A DNA stretch of 49,968 nucleotides from positions 1 to 49,968 of the forward strand of contig MCFE01000648.1 in assembly GCA_002104905.1 (NCBI GenBank). Reading direction: 5' to 3'. The notes beneath the pieces were generated by a model, which saw nothing but the letters and a program-made list of their open reading frames with translations, was not told the DNA's origin and did not search any database. This document shows positions 22,173-37,399 of this stretch, one piece after another. A program made the translations under genes and the position numbers. Origin of the DNA: Basidiobolus meristosporus CBS 931.73. Its lineage: Eukaryota > Fungi > Basidiobolomycota. Position 1 is the stretch's first letter. Each line of letters starts with the position of its first letter.

Positions 22173-24436
22173 TATTGTCACAAACTTGTGGCCTAAGGTT
22201 GCCCAGAGGCTGATCAACGTGCGGACAAAGAGGCAACAGAGAGATGGCTCCATAAGCTCCTAAGTTCTCATCCACCCAAGCGTATTCGAAAGCCCTTTCC
22301 CCCCTCCCCACACACACACATACACCAGAGGCCAGGCCAGGCTAACCGCCAAGTTCCCAGTAGAGCCATCAATATATAATGACAACAAACATGCTAGGCA
22401 AAATGGCTTGGGTGACCCACTGCAAGCCAACCAAGAGTAGCAAACCCTTGCTACAGCATACCCGCACTTTTTCAGCCTCTAGAAACGGAACTTCCCACGA
22501 AGACTCTAATCTGGGATAGTCTCCTCTCGTGCGCTTCCAGGAAATACCTTGTAACCTCAACCTGGGACGGAACAAATCCTATGTGAATTGGGGTCTGGCT
22601 TGACTCGAAGTTCGTCTAAAGCGAGGATCGATTTACGAAGGCAGATCATGCGGTCGTTGGGCACTCTTGAAACCACCCCACCCCAGCCAACCGGCTGGGT
22701 ACCGGAGGTGGAGGAAGATGGAGTCGCGCATGAACCTGGAACCAGGTCATAGACCATGCACATAGGATTTGCCATGGAGCTACAGCGGTAGCCGAGATAC
22801 TAAACCAAAACATCTGATGAAAGTGATCTCACTCATCACTGATAAGCTGGGCATTGGCTTGGTCCCGGTCTCTTTGGAGCCCAGGTCCTGGGCAAAGTCT
22901 TGGTCGCTTCACCTGGTGCTTGTCCCTACCTTTGCATGCTCAGATCGTGCGCGGGTGGTTACCTAGCTCGTAATTAAAGTGGTCCCTCGCCAGCTCCACC
23001 AATCAACGCCGGATCACCATGGTGACCACGGTAAATGAGTTTTCCATATAAGGATATGACCCCAATCCATTGAAACCGGCATCCCTGTGATTGCATGAAA
23101 TTCCAGCAACCCTCCCCGAGGCCAGCGGGATGGTGGGTCACCACATCGGTGAATAGGCGCAAGCTAGCAACCGGACACAGCCCAGGTTCAAGGTGCCTTT
23201 CATGACAAGGCGCCTCTCCAAAGTAGCCCAGCATGACCGCGGTCGGTCCTCAACTTCGAAAGGCCAGCCTATCAACAGTGGATGTGGGGACCTTTTGGTC
23301 GTCATTCGATTTGGACTCATGCTTAGCTGGCAGCAATCCATGTCAAACACAATGTCGTACACTAATGAATCGCGGGTGCTTATGATTCTCACGATTTGTC
23401 CAATATGGCGATATACACCATGGTTTCACTCGAGCCTTCAGAATGTTGGCACTCTCCAACAATGGCTCAACACCCTATTGCCAATCACCGGCTGCCCTGG
23501 AATGCCCGCCCGGAAACCCATTCCTCACGCAGCGCGTCGTATACAGGCGACCTGGATGGTTCTGGTGCTGCTGCAAGCGCTGGAGTCAGCTTCTGGCCGG
23601 ATCCGGCACTAATTCAGAACGACATGCCTTCCCCTCATTAAACTAAGGAGCTAGGAGTACCCTAAATGAACAGGCCCCCGCTGCCATTGGCCAACAGAAA
23701 CTCCATCATTTCCAAGGTTCGAAATCCCGATCCCAAGGGCATACGAGGGGTTCGTGATAGACGGGTTAATGTGCCTTTGTAGAAACCTTATTGTTGACCA
23801 TACCACCGTCTCCTCTGGTCCTAGCCCAAATTGGTACGTATCACCGGCGGCCAGCCTGGGATTGGCTGGTATTTTTACCCCTCTGGGTGCTCGATTTGGA
23901 AGCAATATGGACGGTGGCGTGGTGAGCCTGAGGGTAGGTTTGGAACAGGGCATTGACGTTCTGCGAATTGGTTGGGATACAGAATTCCTTAATGCTTGAT
24001 ATCACTTAATATACACAGTTACTTTGATACTCACCGCAGGCCAATCAGATGGAACGCAAGGTATAGAGTGTAATACTATCCGATATCGCTGTCATACATA
24101 CTGCATTTAGATGAGCCAACCAACACAAGACTCTTTTAAAGGGCCCTGCCCGCCGTAAACCCGAGTAATCTTTCATCTATTTGAGCCAATCTCAAGGAAG
24201 TCCTCGTGTGATTCCCTCTTCCCGCCCTTGGATTGTAAGTGAGAGTGGGGACTTTTCAGCAGCTGACATCCAGGCGCCCATGTACCTTTCCTTTTGATCC
24301 TCTCCCTTCCTCGTACACCATCCCGCCAAGAGAAGATCCGTATTTCTTCGTCGTCCCGACTTGTACACACCCGACCTCCCCTTTCTCGTTCTTGTACACA
24401 TTCTTTCCCTCGACTCCCGATATTTAGAACGAAAAG

Positions 24437-27291
24437 ATGTCCAACCTGGCACGTGGAAAGACCTTGAGTAGACCGGATAGAGGTCAAGCCCCGGCCCCCA
24501 TGCTGAGCGGCAAGGACCAAAGGGCCACATGTGACCCCTGGGTTATCTTTTCAAAGGTTGTTACCTTCTGGGCCCCGGGATTCTTGCTTGCCAAGTGTGG
24601 TCTACCCGACAAACAGATGCAACAGGCGTGGCGAGAGAAAGTCGCCCTTTGCCTGATTATCGCCTTCATCGGCGGGTCGGTGGCGTTCCTAACCCTTGGA
24701 TTGCCCTATGTGTTTTGTCCCGAATCGTCCGTCAAATCCCAGCAGAATTACGAGTCCGTCTACCCCGGGCAAGCAGGTACTTTCTCTTTGTTTGGCATTC
24801 AGCTGGGTGGCCAAGAAACCCTAACCCTCCCTCCAACCTAGGGCATTTCGGTGTGGATGGCGTCATGTACAGTATAGTTGGGCAAGGAGACCCTCAGCTC
24901 ACCAAGCTTGCCCCAAGCACCGATGCCAGCGAACTCTTCGACCTTCCCGCCATCCCGGAGTGCAGCAGGGTTACGCAATTCGCAGCAGTCGCCTTCAAGC
25001 CATGCACTGGAAATTGCTTGCCACTTGCCACGCTTAGCGGCGCTGATTACCTGAATAGCACCCGTAAGCTTGGCTTCGATTGGGATAAACTACCTCCGAA
25101 CTATCTTGTCCTCGACGGAAGGGTGATGAATATGAACAGTTATATCAATGCGAACAAGAACCCTATCCCAGGCGACCTTGCCGATCAGATCATCCGGGAC
25201 AGTATCAACAACCGTATCGTCGATGTCACCCGATCCTTCATGCGTCGTAGCGACCTAGAGTCGGCCAGCAAGTGCCTGGGTAAGAAGTACCTGGCAGGGT
25301 ACCTGAGCAAAGCCACCCCGGGTTGCTTCGGCGTACAGCTCTTCTTCGTAGTATCCATGGTGGTCATCCTAGGAATTGTGATGGCTAGATTCGTCATGGC
25401 CGTCATCTTCGATTGGTTCATCTCGTTCAGGCTTTCCAAGCCACCGTCGAGAAGCATGCTCAAGCCTATCGTCGCGTCCAGTAATGTCCCTTGGGCCAAC
25501 CAGGGGACCAGTCTCTACGGCTTCCGGGCACCCACGCCCAACCTGAACCCCAACGAGCTATTCACCGTGCTGCTTGTAACCTGCTACTCCGAGGGAGAAA
25601 GCTCCCTCCGGTGTACCTTGGAGAGTTTGGCCGCCACCGAATACGGGGACGATCACAAGCTGCTGTTCGTCATATGCGACGGGATTATCACTGGTAGTGG
25701 AAACGACCGTAGCACCCCGGACATCTGCGTGGATCTTTTGGAATTGGACCCCTCGTACGGACCGGATCCAGAGCCCCAGAGCTATATTGCGGTCGCTGCA
25801 GGCTCGAAACAGCACAACATGGCCAAGGTTTATGTAGGGCACTTCCACCACAAGGGACACCGTGTCCCAACCGTGGTGGTGGTCAAATGCGGTACGCCCG
25901 AGGAGCAGAGCGCGCCGAAACCTGGAAATCGAGGAAAGCGAGACTCCCAATTGATCCTGATGGGTTTCTTCAGCCAAGTGGCCTACAATGACAAGATGAC
26001 CCCTCTCGATTACGACCTCTTCAAGAAGATCACCCACCTGATGGGGGTCACCCCGGACTATTTCGAGATCGTACTGATGGTGGATGCGGATACCAAGGTC
26101 TACCCGGACTCGCTTCGTCTGTTGATCAACTGCGTGCAGAACGACCCCATGATCATGGGGCTTTGCGGCGAGACTAGGATCGCCAACAAGAAAGATTCGT
26201 GGGTGACTGCGATCCAGGTGTTCGAGTACTACATCTCCCATCACCTGGGTAAAGGATTCGAGTCGGTGTTTGGCGGTGTCACCTGTCTTCCTGGCTGCTT
26301 CTGCATGTACCGTTTGAAGGCCCGCAAGGGTGATAATGACTGGGTCCCCATCATCACTAAGCCGGAGATTGTGCAGGAGTACTCTCAGAACGTCGTGGAT
26401 ACGCTTCATCAAAAGAACCTCTTACTACTAGGAGAGGACCGTTTCCTCACCACCCTCATGTTACGCAACTTCCCCAACCGCAAGATGATGTTTGTCCCCC
26501 AGGCGGTGTGTAAAACCGTTGTCCCGGATGAATTCAAGGTATTGCTGTCCCAGCGCCGTCGCTGGATCAACTCCACCATCCACAACCTCATGGAGCTTGC
26601 CCTTGTGCGCAATCTTTGCGGAACCTTCTGCTTCTCCATGCAGTTCGTGGTGGTGATGGAACTTCTGGGAACCGTTTCCCTCCCTGTAGCCATCATCATG
26701 ACCTTCGTGTTGATCGCCAGCTTGGCCACAACCACGTTCACCAGCGCCGCCAGTTACTTCCCATTGATTTTGCTCCTGCTCATTCTGTTCCTACCGGCCA
26801 TCCTAATCCTGTTCACCACCCGGAAATTGGTATACATCGCGTGGATGTTTGTGTACTTGCTGGCATTGCCGGTGTGGAATTTCGTCTTGCCGGTGTACGC
26901 CTATTGGCATTTCGATGATTTCTCGTGGGGAGAAACTCGTAAGGTGGCTGGGGAGGCCAAGGGAGACGATCATGGCAAGAAGGATGGTGTGTTTGACGCC
27001 AGTAAAGTGCCACTCCGACGATGGGAAGATTATGAGCGCCGTCACCTTAGATCTATCAAGCGACGCGAGCGTAAACAACGCAAGGAGACCAAGGCGGCTG
27101 CCACCAATAATCAGGTTTACCATGATGACAACGAGTCAGTTAAAGGGCTGCTATTCAACGAAGAAAACTTGGTCCCGCAAGGATCGTTCAGCGCCAGAGA
27201 TTCCACCTCGGAGCTGGATTACTACGAAGAAGGATTCGACCAGCCGTACGATTACCACGGCAAGGGCGTGGAGCCTAGAAACCTATTTTAA
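24437..27291 (+). CDS. CHS: Chitin synthase, Division 2 class IV-like, no myosin motor; join(24437..24776,24842..27291), ~929 aa
   Basis: [37 protein letters not shown] and QRRRW motifs plus C-terminal TM segments; 65-bp GT..CTAAC..AG intron restores the frame. Confidence 0.95.
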
Positions 27292-28601
27292 ACCAACTGC
27301 CGCTGGTCAAGCCCGTCCAGCATACTTGACGCCCAATATAGTTTACCACCAACACCACCACCACCACCACCCATGTCACCACTCCAATATCAACATTTGT
27401 ATTTACCCAACATCATTACATGAAGTCGTTTTAATGAGATGACCCAACCTATCAGCCCCTTCCTATATTACTAGGTCACCCCGTCCTTTTTCGTTTACCA
27501 CTTTCGCCATCCAAGTCATGTAACATCTATTTGCTGGCAAATTATCACCCGTGCCCTCATCACGGCCCTAGCTGAGGATAGCCAGGGGAGCTTCAAAGGC
27601 ATTTTCTATAATGCCAGAGCAACCCTAATACAACCCTTTATGAAATGTAATACTCCTATGCCTTCCAGATAAAGTAACAGCCGTTGGTACCAGCAATAGC
27701 AGCATGTTTGCCCCGAATGGCTTAGGGATCCTTTTGAGTAGCATGAAGAGTGAATGACGCTGGCATAGGGATTCTGCGGTGATACACGTCACTCATTCGC
27801 TCATACGCATGGTAGTTCCAACCTTCCCTACATATAGAGATGGATGTCTCAGACTAGTGGTCGTGAATTCGCCACCGGATGCTACACGAGAAATGCCAAA
27901 CTTTGAACGGACTAACCTGCCCTCAGGAAAACCCGATCCATAGGAGGCAAGTTCGTCGGTGCAGCGATACGAGGCAGGTATGGCTCTCAAATGCTACAGC
28001 CCAAGCAGCCAACCCAACGTCTAGATGGGATGGGGAAATACGGAAGCACATGTGCGTAACTTATTGGATTGCTTCAAGCGATCCGATGCTCAGCATTAGC
28101 AGGTTTGCCCTTCGGACTCGACTTCTTGGGGTAATACAACCGAGCATCAGTGTAGTCGCCGCCTACGATTATCTTGTGCGATCCGCTGGTATGCCAAATC
28201 CATCCCACGCTCCGATCGAGATTGAGTGCGCATCCAATGGCGTCCGCGGGAGACATTCGGACTCGTCGACGGCGGACCAGAGCCGAAACATTCGTCGATC
28301 TTTCGAAGGCATCCATTTCGAGATGCGGAAATATTCGATCGAAAAATGGGAATTTATGGGATTTGGCAGCGGACATCTCGATGAATTCTAGACATCGGTC
28401 CAGACCATTCTTGGGACTTGGTAACAACAATCCAAGGTTTTAACGTTCGAATCGAAAAGGCCCCCCCAATATAGAGCGTTTCATTTGAATGCTGATTGAA
28501 GCAGCCAATCATTGCTGGCCATTGATGCGTCGAATCTTGAGTGATGGCGTAATCGATTGAACCTTCGAAACACTTTAAAAGTGCTTGGTCGACTCCGTTA
28601 G

Positions 28602-29645
<1,044 letters not shown>

Positions 29646-30182
29646 ATTCCCACCATTCTTTCGCATGTAATAGAACCACAATAAAATTTTGGTTACCATA
29701 TACTTGATGGTTCGCTCGATTTGGCCGAGGCGCTGTATTTTGCGCGACGGGGGAGGCGGTGGTTGGGCCAACGGAAAGGTACACGCTTGATCGTCGAGCT
29801 ATTCTGGCGGTCTAGCCCAGGGTTGGGATCGATGTATGATCCATGATTGAATTGAAATGGCTGGATCCAACGGATTCACGCATGATCGAATTAAGTTCAG
29901 GTGTACATATGGTAAGGCACATCGTGGGCATTTATTGTTATTTGGAATTGGGCGAGTGGAAAGAAAAAATCAACCAATGGAAAGCGACATGAACTTTAAG
30001 ATGAGGCAGGGAGTTCCAAAGAACGAACGAAAAAATCCCCTGCGCATCTTATCGAGGGATGGTCGAAATGGAATGGTGATCAACCGTATGCGGATGGGCG
30101 GGAGGTCGAGAACCTCCCGTGTGAAGTAGCAGTGGGGTGGCTCACTGGAAAACGAGGGTCCTCTTGGTGATACAGAAACGGA

Positions 30183-33100
30183 TTAAACTTTAATGAGCTT
30201 TACTATGAGATCTTGGCTGGAAATCGATTCTCCCGCGGCCACGGCAACCTTGTCAACCTTACCCGAGATTGGGCTTGAAACAATCGTTTCCATTTTCATG
30301 GCGCTCAGGATGCAGATTGGGTCGCCGGCATTAACATGGGCCCCGGGCTGCACCTTCATCTCGACTACGACACCAGCCATCGGTGCGCCAATCTCTTCTG
30401 GGTTCTTGGGGTCGACCTTCGGGTGGACGGTCTGTTCAATGGCGGCAGTATGGTCGTCGATTCCTACCACACGCGGCTCCCCGTTGACTTCGAAGAAGAC
30501 ATCTCTCTTGCCGGTGGCGGTGTTCAGATGACCGACGGCGGTAAGTTTGAAGTAGATGGTCTTGCCGGTTTCGATTTCGACCGAAAACTCCTCGCCGATG
30601 TGGGGCTTGGAAAGGAAGAACCGGGTGGGGATGAAGGACACATCTCCGAACTGCTCCACTCGTTCTTGGTATTCCTCAAATACTTTAGGATACAGCGCGG
30701 CGCTGATCACATCGGTATCCTTGATACGGCGACCGTACTTCTCAACCAATTGCTTCCTCAACTCTTCGAAATCAAGCGGCTCGAGAGAGGCGCCAGGTCG
30801 CTGGTCAATGCGAACCCGATTCTTGATGATGTCGCTACGGAGGGGCTCGGGGAAGCCGCCATAGGGCTGTCCAAGGTAGCCTTGGAAGAACTCGACAACA
30901 GAGGTTGGGAACGACAGCTCGTTCGCCTTATCAAGAACGTCCTGGTAGCTGAGTTGGTTAGTAACCATAAATTGCGCGAAATCTCCGACCACCTTTGAGG
31001 ACGGGGTGACTTTAACGATGTCACCACACAGTTTGTTGGCCTCGATGTATGCCTTCTTCACTTCGTTCCATTGTGAGCCTAGACCAAGAGAAGTGGCCTG
31101 GAAGAGAAGGTTGGTGTATTGACCTCCGGGCATCTCGTGCATGTAGACGCTGGAGTCACCGCTCTTGAGTCCCGGGTCGAAGCAGGAATAGAGACGACGA
31201 ACGTTCTCCCAATAGGTGTTCAATGCCTCGATATTCTCGAAGCGGATTCCAGTTCCGAATGGGGTTTTCTCTAGCGCAGCAACAACAGCGCCAAGTGATG
31301 GTTGGGAGGTAAGACCGGACATGCTATCGATGGCGAGATCGATCACATCGGCCCCCGCCTCAGCTGCAGCAAGCATGGAGGCTACGCCGGTACCCGCAGT
31401 GTCATGGGTATGGACGTGAATGGGGAGGTCGGGGAATCTCTCGCGAATCCCGCCGATCAGGATCTTGGCTGCTGAGGGCTTCAGCAACCCAGCCATGTCC
31501 TTGATGGCTAAGATGTGGATACCGCAATCGACCAACTGTTGCACAAGGTCAAGGTAGTACTCCAAGGTGTACTTGGTGCGTGATCTATCAGCAACATCCC
31601 CAGTGTAGCATATGGCAGCCTCGACAACACCCCCCGCTTGGCGCACGGCGTCGATGCCAAGCTTCATGTTCTCGATGTAATTCAAGCTGTCGAAGATACG
31701 GAAGATGTCCATACCGCACTTGACTGCCTTCTTGCAGAACTCGTAGACCACGTTGTCCGGGTAGGAGGTATAGCCAACTGCGTTGGCGCCCCGAAGTAGC
31801 ATTTGGAAGGGGATGTTGGGAACTAACTTACGCAACTGAATCAAACGGTCCCATGGATCTTCATAGAGGAAGCGTAAGGCGACATCAAACGTGGCTCCGC
31901 CCCAGCATTCCAGACTGTACGCGTTGTTCAGGGCGTGGGAAGTAACAGTGGCAATGTTGGCAATGTCAATGGTACGAACGCGTGTGGCTAGCAGACTTTG
32001 GTGGGCGTCTCTCCATGTGGTGTCCATCACCAAGACACCAGGGTATTGGCGGACAGCACGGGCAAACGCCTCGGGGCCTTCCTCCAGCAAAATATGACGC
32101 CAGCCCTTTTCGCAGGGAACGGTGGTGTCGATTGGCTGCTGGTTCGGAGGAGTTGGTAGTGCGGGGATGTGAATGGGGGTCTTGAGAGAAGGCTCGCCTG
32201 ACTGTCCTTTGATGCTGCTACCATTCACAACGATGTCACCCAAGTACGAGAGCAGTTTCTGGGCGCGATTCTGGGAGTGCACAAGGTTGAAGAGCTCAGG
32301 TGTGTCGTCAATGAAGGTGGTCCAGCACTTTCCGTCAATGAACGATTCATGAGTGAGAAGCCGCTGGATGAACGGGATGTTGGTCTTTACGCCACGGATA
32401 CGGAACTCCACCAAAGCACGGATGACCTTGCGACGAGCGACCTCGAAGGTGCTTCCAGTGCAGGTGACCTTGACGAGGAGGGAGTCGTAGTGGGGGGTGA
32501 TGATGGAGCCGGCAAAGCCGGATGCACCGTCAAGGCGAACACCGTTGCCACCTGCAGATCTGTACACCTCGATCTTGCCAGTATCCGGCTGGAAGTTTTG
32601 GGCGGGGTCTTCAGTGGTGATACGCACCTGAATAGCGTATCCACGAGTTTTGATATTCCCCTGCTCGAGACCAAGCTGGGCTAAAGAGGCCCCAGCAGCG
32701 ATCTGGATTTGGGCGGCGACAATGTCGATGCCTGTGATCTCCTCGGTAACTGTGTGTTCGACCTGGATTCTAGGATTGATCTCGATGAAATAGTGTCTGC
32801 CGGCCTGGTCAACCAAGAACTCGGCAGTACCAGCATTGCGATAGTTGACATGCTTGGCGATTTTAATCGCGTCCGCAAGGATGGCATCCCGAACCTGGAC
32901 CCCGAGGTCTCTGGCTGGGGCCATCTCCACTACCTTTTGATGTCTTCGCTGGACGGAGCAGTCTCTTTCGAACAGATGAACAACATTTCCGTAGGAATCG
33001 GCCAGAAGCTGCACCTCGATGTGCTTTGGTTTGTCTAGGAAGCGCTCGACGAACACCGTACCGTCTCCAAAGGCGGATAACGCTTCGCTTTGAGCACGCT

Positions 33101-33769
33101 TGAAGGAATCTTCGAGGGAAGCGTCATCTCTGACCACGCGCATCCCACGGCCACCGCCACCCATGGCCGCTTTGATAATGATGGGGAATCCGTATTCCTT
33201 GGCAAAGTCGCGAACCTCGGCGAAAGTGTTGACAGGGCCAGGGGTGCCAGGCACAACGGGAACGTTGCATTCCATGGCAATCTTTCTGGCCGCGGTCTTG
33301 TCGCCCAGCTTTTCGATCACGTCGTACGAGGGGCCTACGAAGTACATGCCGTTCTCCTCGACCTTCCTTGCGAACTCCGCGTTCTCACTCAGGAAGCCGT
33401 ATCCAGGGTGAATGAACTTAACCCCACGCTTCTGGGCGATCTTGATGATCTCGTCTTGAGCTAGATAGGCGCCCACCGGGGTGTACTTCCCTTGCTCCGA
33501 GATCTGGAAGGCCTCGTCGGCCTTGTACCTATGCATGGACAGTCTGTCTTCGTACGCAAAGACTGCCACCGTGTGTAGGGCAAGCTCGTGGGCGGTACGG
33601 AACACGCGCGTGGCGATTTCCTAGAAATTCAAGGGGACCTATTAGCCCGGGGTGAGCCAGGGGTGGACTTTGCATCCTGCCAACTTACACCGCGGTTGGC
33701 TACCAACAGCTTGACAGGACCACCTAGATCAACGCTTGCTTGAAGACGAATATGTTCAAAAGAACTCAT
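30183..33769 (-). CDS. PYC: Pyruvate carboxylase; complement join(33769..33689,33620..30183), ~1172 aa
   Basis: Exon 1 MSSFEHIRLQASVDLGGPVKLLVANRG, then a 68-bp GTAAGT..AG intron, then EIATRVFR. Biotin carboxylase domain, RDAHQSLLATR, HVHTHDT and SAMKM biotin-attachment motif. Confidence 0.97.
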
Positions 33770-36558
33770 TGGATTGTGCTAGATGCGAAGACAGACAGAA
33801 GGGAAGGGTCAGGTTATTGCTCCATGTACATCCAAAGGGATCCTGAGTGGTGGTGGTGGTGGTGGTTGAGTGGTTACCTTGGAGTGAAGGCCTGCCAGAT
33901 AAATAATTCCAAGGGACAGTCAATAGTATGGTGGGGTGTGGATGAAAGTAGAGCCCGTTTAACCTGCAATAAAAGATGACTAGTCGCACCCGGTGGATCA
34001 GCGAATCCCGGAAACCCAGGTGCTATTTATACTGCAAATCGTCGGCACTCCGAGGCCAGGGGATGGCAAATCCTGTAGCAATGGACCTGATGCTAGAAAT
34101 CTAGTGGACCGCTACGATGGAAGCAAGGCCGCATCGTATTGGTGTGATCTCGATTGGTCCTCGTCATTCCGAGAAACATTGATTAGAGTAACTAATGCAA
34201 GCATTTTTTAAAATGCCAACCCTTATGCCGAAGGCGATTCGCGGAGATCAGCGATGGGAACTGTTGACTGGAGGTGACATATGGACCACTGTGCTCACCG
34301 AAAAGTGGGGTTGCTACGAGTCCCAAGATGTGATGGGTGAAGCTTGGCCTGGGTCTGGTTGGGATTATGGGCACCAAGGACGGCAATCTCTCACATGACA
34401 GAAGCACCCTCTATACTGTTCTCACGCCAGTGGTAGCCACAGCTTGATGTTCCTGATCACGATGATCAGCTCGTCCAGCGCCGAGCCCAGGCATAGGGTG
34501 CGGCAAGGGTGATCTGGCCGATGGTCGTCGGAGCTTCCGACCTAATGAGCCGTGGTTGACCCTGATCCAAGGCAGTGGTGCTAGCCGTCGACTCGAGTGT
34601 CATAAGCTTTACCGCCATGATCCCTGCGTGCCTTCAGATCACGGAATCATGGGCCATGGGAATCCAATCGAAAGGAGCCTATCGTCAGTCTATGCAAATG
34701 CGTGTTTATACGTACTCATTAGTATGATCCTAATCAGTGTGGTGGCTACAATCTGACTGTTAGGATGCCGATGACGGATAATGACACATTGCATAAAGAG
34801 GAGTGGCATCCCAGAGTGATGACATGATTCGATTTGCGAGCAATCCGCCCCTTTGAGTTATCTGTTGGGACGCTTCCTATCTTTGGGTAGGTATCCGAAC
34901 GAGTAGATTTGAGGTTGGCATTATATGGACTATCTGGTTGACATTCCCGTCCGAGGAGCCAAATCAGCTAACCTTGGACTATCAGCCAATCGATTACGCT
35001 GGAATCATCGATTAAGAATACTCACCAGCCCATTGTCCAGTGCCAGTGAAATGCAGGCCATGGTGCAAGTAGCACACAGCGTAGTTTGCAGAGGCGGTGG
35101 CTCTGACTGTTAATCCCGAGAACAGCAACCACTCTTCAGCATATAGGGTCGCTTGTGCTGGCCACAACTACACTCGCCACCTTCTTGACTGATTGACCCC
35201 GAGCCCGGAGAACACCGGGGTACCTCGGCTGGTGTAGCACTTTTAAGTTTCAGAATCCATCCTTTATCGTTCAGAAACACTCACGCTATCCAGCTGAATC
35301 GGATGAGCTAAAAGCAATAAACTGATTATCTAAACCCGGGGATTGCTTGCTGCACAGACGAATATCCACCAAGCTGGTCTGATGACCATCGGTTTCCTAA
35401 TAGATCCAGCCGACATTCGATCACGTATCCTCGACGTCTGTACTACGTAACACAACGCACTAGAACTCACAGGGAGAACGGAACTGGTAGGCAAGGCGGT
35501 TTTCCGGTGTAGGCTCAGTATTCCATTCTACTCGCTACCATGGAACCCATGTTTGGACCATACCAGGCGAGTGCTTCGAATGTTGGCTTTGGGGTGGTTA
35601 TGGGACGGCTCAGTGATGGAATGAGATCAACCTAGCGATTACGCAACATGGTTGTTTCGATTTTGGCCCGATACGTGACTTTGCTTATCCCGTCTTCCAC
35701 GGATCTGCCGGATACTCGTAGTAATGGCCGGCGTTTCGTTTCATGGCACGCCCTAAATGTATATACAAATATATATATATATGGCACCATGTATGACTGG
35801 GATGAGTATCATAGGATGCTCACGGTTTGTGGAGTAACCCTGTTTACCTACATACGATGGAAGCAATTTAACCAAATAGCTCGAAAAGGGATATGTCAAT
35901 AGAGTTGGTGGCAGTTGACTAAATCCGCCAATTCTCCGTGATTTCGTAGGTTCCCTCCCTAAGCCACTCACACAGATCGAGGGTTCTTCTGTAAAGCTCA
36001 CTGGTTGGCATTTCGCTTCCCGATTATGCCTTTTCTACTCGTCTATGGGCTGTTGCTAGGGATTAGGCCCAGTGTAGCCATGAATGACATATAGCATCCA
36101 ACCCAGCCGATCAAATGGATCAGAGTCTGGCATTTTGGCCCACTTGCCTGCCAACAAAGGCGGACTATCAAAGACATCCTTATCAAGGAATAAGCCTTAA
36201 TGAAACGAGCATTTGGAACTCCGTAGTCTCAGTTGCTGGCACACGCCAGCTCATCGGCAAAGAGTGATGGGATTTCCGTACAATCAGTGGGACAGGCGGA
36301 GAGTTGCGCTTCGTGTCGAGCATGAACTCATCACGCACCTACCCCATCTCCCTAGCCATCACCTACTCTGGCCTTCACAGATTGAGGGAATTTTGATGCC
36401 TCGGCCCAACAGGGCCAGATTGATATTTACACATCGCTGCGAATCTTTATTCCATACACAACTAGTAATCATCGCTAGCTAAAGACCACAACACAGTATG
36501 AAATCGGACGGCCAGTCGATTAGGAAGTGGCTTGAAATATACATCAATGCTGACCTGA

Positions 36559-37399
36559 TCAGCTTGTAATGGGCTCGAATTTAAACACCAAGGTATCATT
36601 GTTCTTCAACGCCTTGATATCTCCATCGTCGTATATGAAGCTTTGGAAGTCCTCCAAAAACACTGCGGTGATCTGGGTCAGCTGGGGATCTTCCTGGAGC
36701 TTGGTGTATGCTAAATTGATAAGGTACTCAAGTGTTGAATCTTGGGTGTTGATGAGCACAGCCCGCCTCCAAGGTAGGTCAAAATCCTCCAACGTTTTGC
36801 TGGCATGTTGAAGAACCACTCGGATCTGAGGACCTAACCAAAAATGTTCTCTAGTGAGTCCAAGTCGAGTGGAATTCACTAAACGAAGCTAACTTACCCT
36901 CCTGGGGGCTGCTGGGGTACGAATTGGGAGTGCCTTGTTTCATGGCAGTATTCTCAACCAACTTTGCGCCGGCAGAAGCTGCACATAAAGGCAAAGAAAG
37001 GTGAGTCCCGGGAAGTTTGCTTGTTCGAGAAACACACTAACCAATGGATACCAATTTTTTGGCAAAGTTGAGTTGATGCTTTTCCCTGGCGATGTGCCTA
37101 GATACAGTCAAGTAGTCGTTTGGAGACCGAACCCTGATCTCGCACTCGCACAAACCACAGTAGAGATGGTCGGATGAATGTTCCTTGATATCCGGATGGT
37201 CTTTCATTAACTCGATGTACGCTTCTTTGGCTTTACTCGGTGCGTCCCGTGAGGTCCGTTTGTTCCCACGACGGCGTGGCTCAGGAAAGGACGTTCTAGT
37301 GGTTCCCGACATATTGGAGCGAGTCCTGCGATGTTCCTGTGCTATAGCTTCTGCTTGCTCCACAGGAGAATCCACAGCTACTCCGTCATTGACTGGCAT
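36559..37399 (-). CDS. Hypothetical protein ~237 aa: C2H2-like zinc finger plus C-terminal ubiquitin-like (KHA/DCX-like) fold; exons 37399..37042, 36978..36898, 36833..36559
   Basis: Two phase-1 GT-AG introns (63 and 64 bp, GACTCAC branch) give one open frame; CGLC..(15)..HIAREKH motif; AATAAA ~110 nt after the stop. Domain calls are from motif resemblance only. Confidence 0.7.

Noticed and set aside
23330-23360. IVFDMD as a HAD-family motif
   Set aside because: Followed by CC rather than GT, with no other HAD motifs in frame.
25558-26412. 284-aa antisense ORF in CHS, and the many + strand ORFs over PYC (30193-33464)
   Set aside because: Shadows of GC3-rich coding sequence.
27345-27375. (CAC)n, (GTG)n at 33846-33866, (CA)n near 22310 and (AT)n near 35770
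   Set aside because: Ordinary short microsatellites.
27879-28443. Overlapping 89-170 aa ORFs between CHS and GAPDH
   Set aside because: No motifs, codon bias or splice structure; probably GAPDH upstream region.
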